From assembly GCA_030141605.1 (NCBI GenBank), contig JAQGDQ010000009.1, positions 992,001 to 1,056,000 on the forward strand: 64,000 nt of DNA, given 5' to 3'. The DNA is from Tubiluchus corallicola. Lineage: Eukaryota > Animalia > Priapulida. This document shows, in pieces, positions 38,145 to 52,000 of this stretch (positions within the stretch are counted from its first letter, which is position 1; every line of letters starts with the position of its first letter). The notes under the pieces were generated by a model, which was not told the DNA's origin, did no database searches, and saw only the letters and a program-made list of their open reading frames with translations. The translations under genes were made by a program, and so were the position numbers.

Positions 38145-39685
38145 TTTTTGTATTAAAATTGTTTTGTTTAATATCTGCTTGTAAAACAATGAGCTTACTC
38201 TATCACATACATGCAAAAATTTGAAGAATAAGAACAGTATGCCCACATATTTATTTGGTGTTTTTGTGCCAAACATTATGTGACAATGCTTGTTATGCAC
38301 GGGTAAACGAATGGCCCTCAAGTAGCATGTGTTCCTAATAACCATGCAGCAGGTTGGATATGATCATATGCATGAACAGTTTTAGTTAATTATTGAAGAT
38401 ATCAGAAATGCTGTTGAATGTTGTTGTTACTGTCAAGTGATTTACAACGTAACATTGTGTTTTGACCATTACTACTTTATAGCAATAGTTATGTATTGCA
38501 ATGTGCCACTACCAACTAGTACAGTGAGCAACTGTTAGCTGTAACTTGCTCATACTAACTTTGGAGTTACATTATCGTACTTGCTTGCAGTGGCTCACTT
38601 ATGAAACTATTCGATGGTGACATTAGCGTAAGTTTTATTTCGTCACAATCACAGGACCATCACGATTGTACAGCAACAATAGTTATGCAAACTATTATTA
38701 TTTTAAGCTTGTGGTATGTTGCCATTCTATTGACAATAGCTTGCAAGTAGTGTGCTGGATTATAAGCTATTGCCGCTTTAATTATTGTAATGTAGCCTAA
38801 TCTTATCATCATTTTGCTGAACAGCATGGACATGTTATTGTAATATAAGATGACCTTCTGTTGTTGTTCATCTATAATTTACAGTAAATTTTGTCGACAT
38901 TATTGTCTTCTTTGAATGGAGTGATATTAATAAGCAGTATTTAATCAGCGTGCTAAATGTAAACTATTTTTGTATTGCATCTATTTATGAAAAAGTCTGC
39001 TTTTTGTTGTTTGTGTTGACCTTATTATACAAGCTTATGTCAGTCTTATTGTGATGCATCTTATGAGTTCTAAAACTTAATAGTCAGGTTCACAGAAATG
39101 TAAAAAGGGATGTTGCTTCGCATTACTAGTTGAACATGAAAAAATAACAGTTACTGATTACACTTGATATGCATAAATATCAGGATTGTGCTGATTTCTC
39201 TGCACTATTGGTTTATAGGTTTGCTGATTTACGTGATTATAACCATGTTTTATACAGTTAATCTGCCTGTACAATCGTAGGCGTCACTTAAGTGAAGAAT
39301 TTTTTGTAGTGTTCTAATACACGCTACTAGGAAAACATTCTTTTGTTGCCATTATGCACATACGCATTTTGGTTTGATGTACAAACAATCGCTGAGGCAA
39401 GTCAAAGTTTCGATAACATGTTGTGGATCATGTAACAGTGGTAAATGTATTCGTGTATTCGTTTCCAATGTATTCGTTTCTGTTAAGATTTTTTTGTGAG
39501 CCATTGTGAAAGAGGAGGACTGTGGGAATAATTTTTCATCCATTTTTGACTTTGTACCACTCGTCATTTACCTGTTTTTTCTTGTTTGTGCTATGCCATA
39601 ACTGTTTAATGCAGAAAAAAACTGATATGCTTTTAAAATTTTGTGACCTTTCTGTTTTATTTTTGGATTTTTTATTGTATCTGTC

Positions 39686-39706
39686 ATATTATTACTATTA
39701 TTATTA

Positions 39707-39741
<35 letters not shown>
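39686..39741. repeat. (TAT)n microsatellite
   Basis: Seen directly; causes the poly-Y and poly-N ORFs. Confidence 0.95.
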
Positions 39742-39742
<1 letters not shown>

Positions 39743-40014
39743 GTGGGCATCCATGAATATGTTTTATGGATGGCTGGAGTTAACAATAAAAACATTGGAT
39801 TGATTAGTATAACCTGCCTGCCCAGTGCCCACAAGGAAAATATTTTTATTAAGATGTAGATAGTAATTATAGTATATTATGCATATTACATTAGCACAGG
39901 AAAATTACATTAATATACACGGGTGTAAAATCATCAGTATTCTGTAAAGAGAATGTTATTTTGTTACTAAAACAGTAATAGTACTGTATCACATTGCTAC
40001 CCTAGCTTGCAATC

Positions 40015-40640
40015 ACGTTTGACCACGCTGCCCTGTCACCCACAACTTCCCGTGTCTCTCTATTTTTGATATATGATGATGTGTCGATAAAATTTTTTGG
40101 ATGAAACGGTTATAAGTCAGCAGCTTTCCTCCTTGCAGTTTCTTTTCTTTATGCAGGGCTTTTTTGAAAGCTAATTTTAATGGGCTGTCAGCTGGTAATT
40201 GTATGACATTTCCTATCCATCTTAATCTCCTCCTTTTGATTTTAACTGTCCACTCCTCTGACTTGACGTTATTACATGGATCCTGGTTTGATATTTTTCT
40301 TTGGCCATTTTATTCCTAGAATGTTCCTATAGTTTCTTCTTTGAGATGCATCAATTTTTGATTTGTATTGTGTTTGATTGTCCATAATTCTGAGTTGTAG
40401 AAAAACAGTCTCCATAGGTATAGCAAAGGTACTTACTTTTGTTTCTAGACTGAGCCTCTTACTTTCAAAAAATTTTGTTAATTTGAAATGTGCTGCTACT
40501 GCCAAGATTTTTCTTCTTGATATACAGTGCCTTCACCTGTTGATAGAAGACTGCCTCTATAAGGATCCAAGTATTTGCATATTCTCTCCATTCATTTTAT
40601 GTTATTCTCTTCTGTTTTGTTTTTATGTAATATGAGATCC
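40015..40640 (-). mobile_element. RTE-like LINE remnant
   Basis: KYLGSL, QRR..RNILGIKWP, IKRRRLRWIGNVIQLPADSP..QGGKLLT and DRAAW motifs across frameshifts. Confidence 0.8.
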
Positions 40641-41319
40641 ATTTCTTTTTATTTTGATATTATGTAAGTCATTGTTGCTTCTTGTTAAGTGATGTCGCGG
40701 ACGTTCTTCAGGTGACGCCACAAAAGTTTTGTTGTTATTTACTGTAGTTACCGGCGGTAATTGTTGACGGGTATGTGACTTTTGGCTACGGCTATTTGGG
40801 CACGGGACTTTCTTACTCTTAGTAACATGAGCAACGGGATTTAATTGTTGATTATTAGCAATGCTTATTAAAACTTGCAGACAGAATAAGCCAACTTAGA
40901 ATTTCCAGTTTGTCCCAGGCGATCTGACCTAAAGTTAACGTGGAACTATTCATCGAGTGCTTGGTATGCTTTAAGTTATGTTGTTTATACTATGTTGTAT
41001 GTGAAGCAAGTGTAGATGTATTTAAGAGAAGGTTGGATATACATTGGGCTGGGAAAGAGATAGTCTACAAAACCTAAGGTCTCCTTTGAGGATACAGATA
41101 GGAACATACATACACGATTATGGCTAGAAGATTACTTTGCCAAAACAGCATAGGGTAAGGTAAGGTCTGTTTGAAAGAAAGCAGGTCAGGAAATAAAAAA
41201 AATGCCTAATACATAATTGTCCTTTCAAGATTACGGTTCTTCACAGTATCTCTTGTGAAATGTTCAGCAGCAGAGTTTTTACACAGGATGAGTGTTTTAG
41301 TTATTTCTAGTGTCAATTA

Positions 41320-42470
41320 CACTATCGTGCCCTGCGAGTAGCCTCAACTAACATGCATAGCCTGTGAAATAATGGAGCATATGTATCTGCCTCTCATATG
41401 ACAACAAACATCTTGATAATTTTGACATTATTAAAAGAATCCAACACGGTTTTCGTTCGTGTTTTTCATGTTGAACTTAGCTGATAGAAGCTGTACATGA
41501 CTGGACATTAGCTTTAAACGACAGACAAGGCAATAAAGTCTGCCAGGTTGATACTATACTGCTTGATTTAAGCAAATTTTTCGGCCGGATCCCACATCAG
41601 CATCCTTAGCCGAGCTTGTTTTCTATGGTATCAGAGGACATATTTTACGATGGATCAGAGTAAAATGTCTCCGTCAGTGGTATTCTCTCCAAATCCATTA
41701 ATGTTACATCAAGAGTCCTGCAAGGTTCAGTCCTTGAACCGGCTTTATTCGTCCTTTATATAAATGACATCGGTGATAACATATCATCAAACATCCGACT
41801 ATTAGCTAGTGACTCAATTCTGTATAGACCTATATGGAGTAATCAAGATCACTACATTGTACAATATCTCTCATAGCTACATCTATGGAGAGTAAATTGG
41901 CTTATGGACTTTAAAACATTGATGAATACAAAATTTTACCTATTTCTCAAAAGAAAAATCCAAATTACCTTCCTTACAGCATGGGCGATAGAATCCTAAA
42001 GCATGCTTCTTCACACCCATACCTGGGGATTACCATCAGCACCAATGTTTTTTCGAGTGAGCACTGCCAGGATATTGCCATTAGGACACTTAATGTTATT
42101 TGCAACACGCTACACCCATGTCACCAACAGTTAAAGAAAGAGCTTATCAAGCCTTGGGCAGACTTAAACTAGAATATCATATCGCATCCTGGAACTCATA
42201 AACAATTATTGACATCAAACGCATCAAGCAAGTTCAGCGAAATGTAGCATAATTTGTACGAAATGAATAACTTATAGCAGAAATCTCCGAACACTAGAAA
42301 TCAGACGCTGACAAACGATACTAAACATCTTGCACAATATAGTGCATCACAGGATAGGCATCAATTTACCAACTTGTATCATCCCATCACTCAAGAATAT
42401 CATCAAATTCGTTCAACCAGCAGCAAGAGTCAATATTTTTCTATACTTCTACCCCAGAACAAACTTCCAC
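41320..42470 (+). mobile_element. Degenerate reverse-transcriptase LINE (CR1/L2-like group)
   Basis: LTCIACEIMEH, QHGFR, VDTILLDLSK, VTS.V.QGSVL.P.LF.LYINDI, IRLLA.D and YLGITI motifs with many disruptions. Confidence 0.88.
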
Positions 42471-45400
42471 CGGATATCAGAGAAATCACTTTCCTAGAGA
42501 CTACTTCAGAGCACTAGCATCCTCAGCTATTTCTACCATGACGGTTCCCCCCTACCTAACCTGTCTGTAAATCTAAGCATGTTTTTAGCCTGCATCCACA
42601 CCATGTTTAATTCCACTGTTTCACCTGTATTCTTGACCTCTACTACCATCACAAGTTAGTTAGTTAGTTGTTTTTCTCAGCATTTATACTAACCACGTGC
42701 GCTCCTAACATCTAGTGTGAATACTTCTAGAAGTATATTGTTCAAAACTTCAAGACTCATACTCACGGAAATAAGTATGTATCTAAAATTAGCATATAAC
42801 TAAACAAACAAAGAGGTTTCACCTAATGGGCCATTAAAAGGCATTGCGTTTTGAAGTGCGACACAGAAAGTATTTTCCTATTTAACCGTGCATGCGACAA
42901 TCATACATGTGTCGATTCTGGTGCCAAAGTGTTTCGCGCCCAAGTGGGACGGCGGCCAAATGGCCGTGCCAAAACGGCCAAACCAAAATGACCTGTCCTC
43001 TTGCTGACTGCGAAATGCAAATATGTCTTTCGAATCTAGCAAAGTAGTTTGGTACTAGCAAGTTTGGTACAGGCAAAATTGGTATTAGGAATTTTTAGTA
43101 CGTGGTAATTCTGTTACAGGTAAATAAGGTACTATGATCTCTAGGTAAAGTTACAAATTTGTGCCTGTACAACTGCTACGGTTACTGCAGATGAATTGCT
43201 ATTTTGTGCTGCAACATAATGTGCATTTTACTTTACATGTGAAGTATGCAGGTGTGAGTATTATGTTAAAAGTCTCACAGATCTTACTTTCTGAAAAGTG
43301 CTGCCCAGGGTAGGCTGCCCCCTCTTCTCACTTGGCTTTGCCACTCACTATTAGTTATTATTAAAGTGGAAATGGAGATCTGCTGTGTGATTGTTCTATT
43401 TTTTTGCGAAAAGAGACAAATGATATTCTTAATCAATTCATAGTCACACAATAAATCAGATCTTTAATTTGCAGTAATTCTAAAGACTAAAAAGAGTGAT
43501 ACAAATGAATTTAATTAATTTACATATCTGGGTGAATAGTAAAGAGGGATTTGCAATCAAATGCTGATTTGCTGGTGTTTATGAAAGGTTTTTCTAGAGG
43601 TTACCACTTGACACTGCGATTTTTCTTACCATTAGCAAAGTTTTATTCTGTTTTCTAGCCTTTGGCCTTATCTTACTGTTTAATTTCGAATATTTTTGTC
43701 AATGTACACTTGAAATTTTGAGTGAGGAAACCTGCCATTAGGACATTATAGTTGCAATTGTTCGAATCTTGGATCTGCCCTTGCTTTCCCCTGGTGAAGG
43801 GGGTTAAAATTAGTGTTGGATTATCATTAAGCGACAGGTTATTAATTTTTCACACTGAGCGGATGGATTCTCCCACTATACCCACCATAGTGGATCCTCC
43901 CTTCCTCTCTAGGTAGGGGAGGTAAAATTCTTTTTGTCTACCTTGACTTGTTTGTGGGTGAAATTCCTCGAATTGAGCTGACCTTTACCCTTTCATGATG
44001 CCTGCCATTGCAGTTGTGCAGCTGCTGAGGTTTCCACCTAATTACATCTGTTTACATCTGTGTCCTCAGAATGCTCTTTGACCTTGACGATTATCTTGTC
44101 CCAAAGCTACCCTATACCAAAAAACTTGAAACGACCCCAAATGGTTCAGGTATAACTGGCTTAAACTCAAACTGTGAATGGTCGATGGACAAGAGACGCT
44201 GTGTTACAGCATGCAGTCCCTAAACTTTCAAAATCAGGAGAGCTAATGATGTACCCTGAACTGTAAACTATGAAAGTAGCTGAACGTTTAAAATTCTGAT
44301 CTTATACATCCTTAATAATGTTAAAATAAACCAAATACATAACATCTCCTACGTAAACAGTGCAACCGTATTTTATTCATATCTCATACACATTTGATTG
44401 TGATCTATAATAACTCTGAGAATGAGTATTGTAAAGCAGGGTCACTAGTGGCCCCTAGTTAACAGTATTGCAGTGCCAGGTAATTGTATGAGACCCCTTT
44501 AATGTTATAGTCTTTTGAGCCAGTATATTTATTTCAATTCTTTTAGATTAAAAAGAGGTACATATTAAAGCTTCTAAGAGTTAGAAACTCACCAGCCTTA
44601 AACTGCAATTGTTTTCTACATTTTTGAGAGGAGTGGTAGTCTACTCAGCTTAAATGCATTACTAGCAATTTGAGCATTTGAATTAAGTACTGCACCATTA
44701 GAACTTTACTAATGATGATAACTAACTGCGTAAACTTTCGTATCTAAAGGTATGATTTTGATCTGTGTGGAATTTGTTGAAAGTAAAGTAAAAGCCCTCA
44801 GCCGTTTATTTACTTATGCAATATGTTCATATGAGCTCAAAGGTTTTTTGTTTACTTAAACTCATGCAGGTTTCGAAGTTCAGTGTTTTTTAGCAGTGAT
44901 ATGGTTTTCATGTGTATGCATATGTGTTTCATTACAGGAAGTTTTGTGTAGCTGAGAGAATAATTAGATTATTTTTTGAAGACAAATTTCATTAATAACA
45001 TGTCACAGTTGGATTATGAATGGCCTACTAATTTACTTAGGTAGGCATTTGTGTAATTAGTTTGCAGTGTCTATTTATTCTATAGTATGTTATGATTGTA
45101 TTTTGAGTGTTGAATAAGTCTAAAGTCTATTCTAAATAATACAATTGAGAGTTCAGGCTCTTTTGTGTACAATATGTATTAACAGTAAGAGAGAGTATTC
45201 GTCTGCTCTCATGATCAGCTATAGCTGTCATTACCTGATTGGTGATCCTTGTACTGTGTTTTGTAGGCTAATGCTTTATTTTTGAATAAGTTCAACTTTT
45301 ATGCATTTTACATTATTTTTCATTCTTAGCTGGTTTTAAAGTATCTATTTCTTTGTGGATTTGCAGAACATAGCTAACAAGTAAGTACTAAATGAAAAAC

Positions 45401-46051
45401 TGGCAGCTTTAATTGCTGAATTTGCCAGACATGGCTGATGCGTAAGCAAGCATAAGTATTATTGCATTCTGTTTTAAGAAGCTTAATGTTTTTGTAAAAC
45501 GCTTATATAATCTTGTTAGTTGTTACACCTATTGTATATTACCATCTTTCATGCGTACATATTTATTTACGCTCAACTGTTATGTACGTTTGCTCTTGTG
45601 TGGTCCCAAAAAGGCTATACTGTAGTCAAATCGTACATCTGCACACGTTTTGACACGTCTATCCAAACCATTAAGAAATCTACCATTGATTTATGTCTGA
45701 TATTCTTTATCATTCATTGCTGATTTTTAGTGCTTTGCAAATGAAAAAGCAGAAAAGTTCGTCATTTTAACCAAGAATTTTAATAAAGTTTTTATATCTA
45801 GATGTACAGATGTAATAGAACTTTTTGTTAAGTACAGCTGCCTAATAACATGTGTCCTTAAACTGATGTAAAATGGTGTAGAGATTAGTGTATATTCAGG
45901 CTGGTCTGCACAAAATACAAATACTTAGTTGGTTTTATGTATCTGGTAGCTGTAAAATACTTATCTAATCACATGTTTTATAGTGCTGTACAAGAGAGTA
46001 CTGGCTTTAGGAAGCTCACTGAAAGGCAATCATTGATTTGAATGAATAGAC

Positions 46052-46099
46052 ATGGCTTGTAAAACTACTTCTTTTTCTGTGGCACTACTTTTTCTTTTA
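46052..46099 (+). CDS. FN3 gene exon, signal peptide part 1 (MACKTTSFSVALLFLL)
   Basis: gacATGG start, hydrophobic run, GTAAGT donor at phase 0. Confidence 0.75.
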
Positions 46100-49000
46100 G
46101 TAAGTAGTACTTTCATTACCTCGTTTTATATTTCAATTGTAAAACTGTTTTTAGCAAAAAATGTTTTCTTGAATTTTGCCATAAGTCACGTAGTTTGAAC
46201 AATGTCACTAGTATCTTTAAGATTTGCTGTTAGTGTTTAGCGGTCAGCTGCGCTGAGATGTGAAATGTTTTGAAATTATATCTAAAATGATAGGTTTAAA
46301 GTTTCTGTTTTTATAAAATGACTTTATTACTCTTCTACAGGTATTGATTTTTACATTTTCTACTCACATTGATGACTGCTTTGGTGCTGAGGCGGATGTA
46401 CTAGGTTTGTGCAGAACTTTTATTGTTTTCTTAAACACATAGCTATTTAAAAAAAATAAAGGTTATTTTTAAAAACTTATTTGAGCTTGTCAACATTCAG
46501 CTGGTTGCTTGTTATATTCCATCAATTTCTGTGAAGTTACACAGTACACGCACAATATGTAATATTATATTGTTAGAAATGTTAAATTGTTAGAAATAAT
46601 ATATACATGCTGTTAAAGTTTCTTTGTGGCATCACATGCGTAAATAAACTGGCATTGCTGCCATGTGTTTATTGTAAAACAATACACATCTGTTTAAGTT
46701 TTTGTTTAAACTTTTTGGGTAAGCACAAAAATATAAGTGAAACTCCAAGAGTGTATTTATGCAGTGTGTGTTGTGTGGAACTGAACTGCATCTTGTGTTC
46801 TGCTGATTAGAAGTTATAATATGTATTCTACTACTGAACCAATGACGTTGTTAATGTGGTATCTTAATATTAGGCCATCTAGGCTGTAGACTTTATAGTG
46901 CTGTCATCTGCTGGTAGTTAAGTAGAGCGAGCTGGGGAGTTGTAAGATGTGACTAGAATAGTAAAGTTGAGTTTTGCTTCCTCCAAATCAGAATTGTTAT
47001 ATCATCTAATTATAAAATCTACCTGTCTAAAATGTATCAATAATTAATAACCATATTATAGTTCATATGTAGTTTTGCAAAATGACGTCAGACAGTACTT
47101 CCTGACTTGCTCTTTACAGGTCAGTTTCACATTGACTCACCTCAAAACTTTGCTGTTATAGACACACCATCCGCATCAGTTTATATGACATGGGGCAAAG
47201 TAGAGGGGCCCTGGAATATAAAATTCAATGGCAACCAAGCGATGGCAATGGTAGTGACACTGTTCTTACAGGTGTTGGATCACACAGCAGAAAACCTGGA
47301 TTACCGATTACACATTTTTCATTATGCTGGCAATGGAACATTGACCAGTAGGGAAGAAACTGTTACAGCAAAAACGAATCTGGAAACACCTGACAACTTC
47401 ACTAACATCATTTTTGAAACCTCAAAAAATATTGCTAGTTTGCATTGGGATTCTGATAGTGGTGCCTCTATTGCAAGTTGGAGTTTTGAAGTAGAATCAT
47501 TGAAGTATCGTTTAGTATTTTTTTTGAATGAATTTCCACGAGTTTCCATAAATGTACATATGTGAAGCCAGTAAACATTACACTTATACATTGTACATTG
47601 CCTTGAAATGGGCTATGTTTTGTGTTAGACTGACTGAATTAGGCTAGGAATCTTAGAACTTGAAACTGATACTTAGAACTGATACTTGCTTTTTGCATAG
47701 TCTATTTCAAATTTATAATACCACTACCTACACATACAGGCATAAAAAACTTGGTGTTTTTTAGGTATGCTGTCATATGTTACTACTGTTAATAATTTTC
47801 ATTTAGTTTTATTTATTTACATATTGATTTAATGGCCTGAATTGATTTTGCAGATCTAACATTAATAGATAGTTTAAACAGTAACTTAATAAACGTGTAA
47901 TTTACAGGTCAGTTGCACATTGACTCGCCTCAAAACTTTGCTGTTGCTAATGCCGATAGTACAGATGCAGACAGTGAAATCGTGAGTGACACTGGAACGA
48001 CAAACCTTGACACGCCTAGTAACTTTACTGTCATTGATAAAACTTCAGAAAGTATTACTCTGGAATGGAATTCTGTTAGCAATGCTAGTGAATATAAACT
48101 GAGATGGACAACTTCAGATGGATCTGATGTTGGTGATCATAGCACAAGTGAAACATCTTACACTGTATTGGACTTGTCTCCGTACACCAACTATGTATTC
48201 TACGTTGTTGCCAGTGATGGTAATCCGGGCAATGACAGTGAAGAAGCTAATGTTACTGCAACAACTGATACAGCAGGTGAGTGTTTTGTTTTGTTATGTG
48301 AAAGTATTCGTAAACACTTTTTTACTTTCCATTCTGTTTCTTTCTTTTGAAGCCATTTTTCTCCTAAAATTACTAAACTCATTTTGGGCTTTTATCTTTA
48401 CCTAAAAGTTAAAACCACCATTCTGAAGAACTGACTGTAAAGAGTTACAATCAAATTCAAGCTCCCTTACAGATAATAAAAGAAATATATGATATTGTTG
48501 TGTCAAAGTGTTCCTTTTTATTAAACGTTTTAAGTGTAATTTGCACTTTTGTAAAATGCAGATGAAAATGTGTTGAGACTTCAAAGTGTCTTTTGATAAA
48601 ATTATAAAATTATTGTAATAACTAATATTTTTTAGTGGCAAGTGTGAGTTTCTTAAATCATTAAGGGCAATTAATGTGCTTTATTGGTAGGTTTTTCTAA
48701 TATACTAAAATGTCTGTAGTACTCTTTAAAGCAAAACTCAGTCAGTCAAGCGTCACATGTATTTTTCAAAGGTATATGTCTTTATATTGTATAAGTATCT
48801 AGCAAGTACCTTTATTTCAGGGAAAGCCTCTGGCAATTAACATTGCTTTTGTAAGAGTTTTTAGCCCCGTTTTTATTATTTAAAACAATTTATGCATTTT
48901 GTGTTTGAGTAAGATGACTTTTTCATTAACTTGTGGAACCACTTTGCTTACCACTGTAAAGAACAGAATTTGCACTTTCAAACTATGAATTGCAGTATTG

Positions 49001-52000
49001 GGTTAAGTTAATGTTTTTTCATAAAGTATTAAAAAGACAAATGTTGCTCATAGTACAAATGCAAAAGCATTATTTCTATCTTAAAATAGCTGTGAACTAT
49101 AATCAGACATGTATTAGGGGAACTTGGAAATAGCTAAGGGCCACATAGTAGGTTTAGCAAAGTAAAATGAATAAAGTTGAGTCTCATTAGTAAACAATTA
49201 GGTTACCACAGGTAAACCGATTCTAGACGGCTCCATCTGCTGCAGTGCCCCTCGCTATTTACTTTGTAGAGAGAGGATTCATAATTGTATGAACATGCCT
49301 ACTCATTTTTACCATTCTGCATTAAGTAAGCTCTACTGTTAAATCCTGCATATTAGCCTGAAGAGTGTTGAAATACATAAAAAATATTGATGTCATTGCA
49401 ATTATGTGTAAGTGAAATAAATTACTAAGCTTGACGATGTTTTTGGTTCACTAGAATATGAAGTGCATCATGAAGAAATTTCAACACTTCTGGTTCAAAA
49501 CTTTACTCTATAAACTAATTAAACGTCTATAAACAGGGAATGTGAGGTCCATTCTTGACAGTGTTTTCAAGACAGGTTAATTGATAATTGCTTATCGTTA
49601 CATCAGTAAGCAACGAGTGAACATTTTTACTGTCTCTGACAAAAGAGTTTGTTTCTTTGATAGAAGATGCTTTAAGTGGCAGCTTTTGTTGTGCATTAAC
49701 AAACAGAAATGTTTTTATAATAATTAACAACATGTGTTCAAGTGCTTGACATTAAAAGTTTTAATGAAATCTGAGCTTGTCACTTTTTACCCGAGTACTG
49801 TTCACAGTACATAAAGGTAAAGAGTGCCACAGCAGTGAGTGCCTGAATAAAATATGTGTTTTTGTCTTCTCACACCACCCTGCATCACTGATCACAGCAT
49901 CCAAGTAGCACAAACTGAAGTGGGGTGTGAGCCGTGTCCTATCTGATGACACGTTGTACCATCACATGGAAATGATAAATCAGTTCACACATTGCCAGAT
50001 CCATCATACCCTCATACAACAGCCATTCCCAATTGGCCATGACTGAGAAACCATTAATGGGAAGTGCTGACCAGTGTGCCACATTCTTCCCGCTTGTGCT
50101 GGCAGTGGACTCTCTTAATGCTGTTCAAATGAAAATATTGATGACAGTAATAGTGATGATGAGAAGAGCAAGTATGGAAAATCAACAGGTTTAATCAAGA
50201 ATATTCTCCATACCTCATCAACTAGGGTCAAGTTGTTGCTAAAATATATCAAGATCAGAAAATAAAAAGCAAATTCTTTTGTCTAAGTCATAAATAATGG
50301 GCCTCATCATTCTCAAGTATGAACATTGAACATTCAAAGTGATGACTAACCTGAGTGTTACACACCTTTGCATTATTATTGTCTTTGGTCTTTAGATCTG
50401 GTTTGTAAGTCGACTGCAGTTTTGCACACCTTCGAATTTCATGTCCCACATTACCCACTGTATATCAGGCAAGTAAAAACACAGTAGGCTTCTTGTAATT
50501 TTACTGTTCGTTTGCAGTTTTTGACTATTCATGATACAGCATGAACAGAAATTTCATTAACTTTAAACAAATGTCTTAACCAGGTATAAAAAACCAGCTG
50601 CCATCTTGAACGTAAAGCTCAAAAATAGGTCAAATCAACAGAATGGTATCAAATAAGAATTCTTCGGTAAAAAATATCCCAAAAGCTGTTTACTATGCAG
50701 CTTTGTAGGTCAATTCACTTACAAAATCCAAAAAGACTGATGATGGCCATGTTGGATTTCAGGGAAAAAGTAGATCAAATTGTAAAAACAACGTCGAGTA
50801 TAAATTCTTGAGCCTAATAGTCTCAGAAACCATGTTCTATGTAGCTTTGTAGGCCAAACCACTTAAAAAATAAGATTCGAAACTGCTGACAGTGACATTA
50901 TTAAATCTGAAGGTCAAACATAGATCAAATCGTAAAAGTGACATTAGAAATAAATTTCTTGACCCACAAACCATATACTGTGCATAGAACCATAGACCAA
51001 CTGAATGAAAAGATCATTTTCAAAGTGCCCGACAGTGGCTATTTTGGGTTTTGGACTCTGGCAGAGTTTGCCTACATTTTTGCAAGAGCATATGGGCTAA
51101 ATCTTTTATGTAACCTTCATACAATATGAACCTACTGAGAACTGAACCTATGCTCTTCACAGTCATAGAGGCACTGAAAATAACTATAACTAGGACCACA
51201 AAAAATTTAGTAATATTGACATACACATTACAATGCTTTCTGATTTTTATCAGTTATCAGTTAATGCTTTTTGCAGCTTTAGCAGGTACTAGCATAATTT
51301 CACGACATTATTTAGTGAATGAAGCTTTATCAGCTCAAATTATGCCAGGCTTTGGAAGCAAGTTATTTTCAGGAATGGTGAATCAAAGTTAAACTATATC
51401 CATTATGTATTTTGAAACATTATAATGATTTGTCCAGAGTTTTTGTATGATTAACGTTATTGTTGCAGAAGAATATAAAAAATTGGTTCTAATTTTTAGT
51501 ATCTTTATAAGCAGAATAGACATGGAAATCGAGGACATTTTTGTGCAGTTTCCTTTTTTATGTTGTCTGTTTGCCATTGCTTCTATAATATTTGTACAGC
51601 TTCTATAATATTTGTACAGCATTGTTTTCTTATAATTTAGTGTTTCTACTATTCTACAACAATGATGGCAGTATTTTTGGCACTGATTTTATTAATTTAT
51701 TGTTAGGTAGCAGATATTCAGTATAAATAATAGCTATTACACAACAAATTGCTTAAACAAAAATTTACTACAGTTACATTTCTAAAGTGTAAATCCAAAT
51801 TAATTCTCAGAAAATTTATTGAAAAAATGTGTTTTTCAGTACCAGATGCTCCAGATGAGTTTTTAGCTTTAGTAACTGGATCCAGAAGGATTAATTTAGG
51901 TTGGGATAAACCTCCTGACCATAATGGACCCATTCTTGGCTACAGGATTAGATATTACAGAGCAAATGACGCTGAAGATTTTAGTGAATTACACGTCCCA

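Noticed and set aside
40769-43130. About 15-bp periodic motifs and loosely inverted ends possibly forming one element around the LINE
   Set aside because: End similarity is too weak to establish a nested structure.
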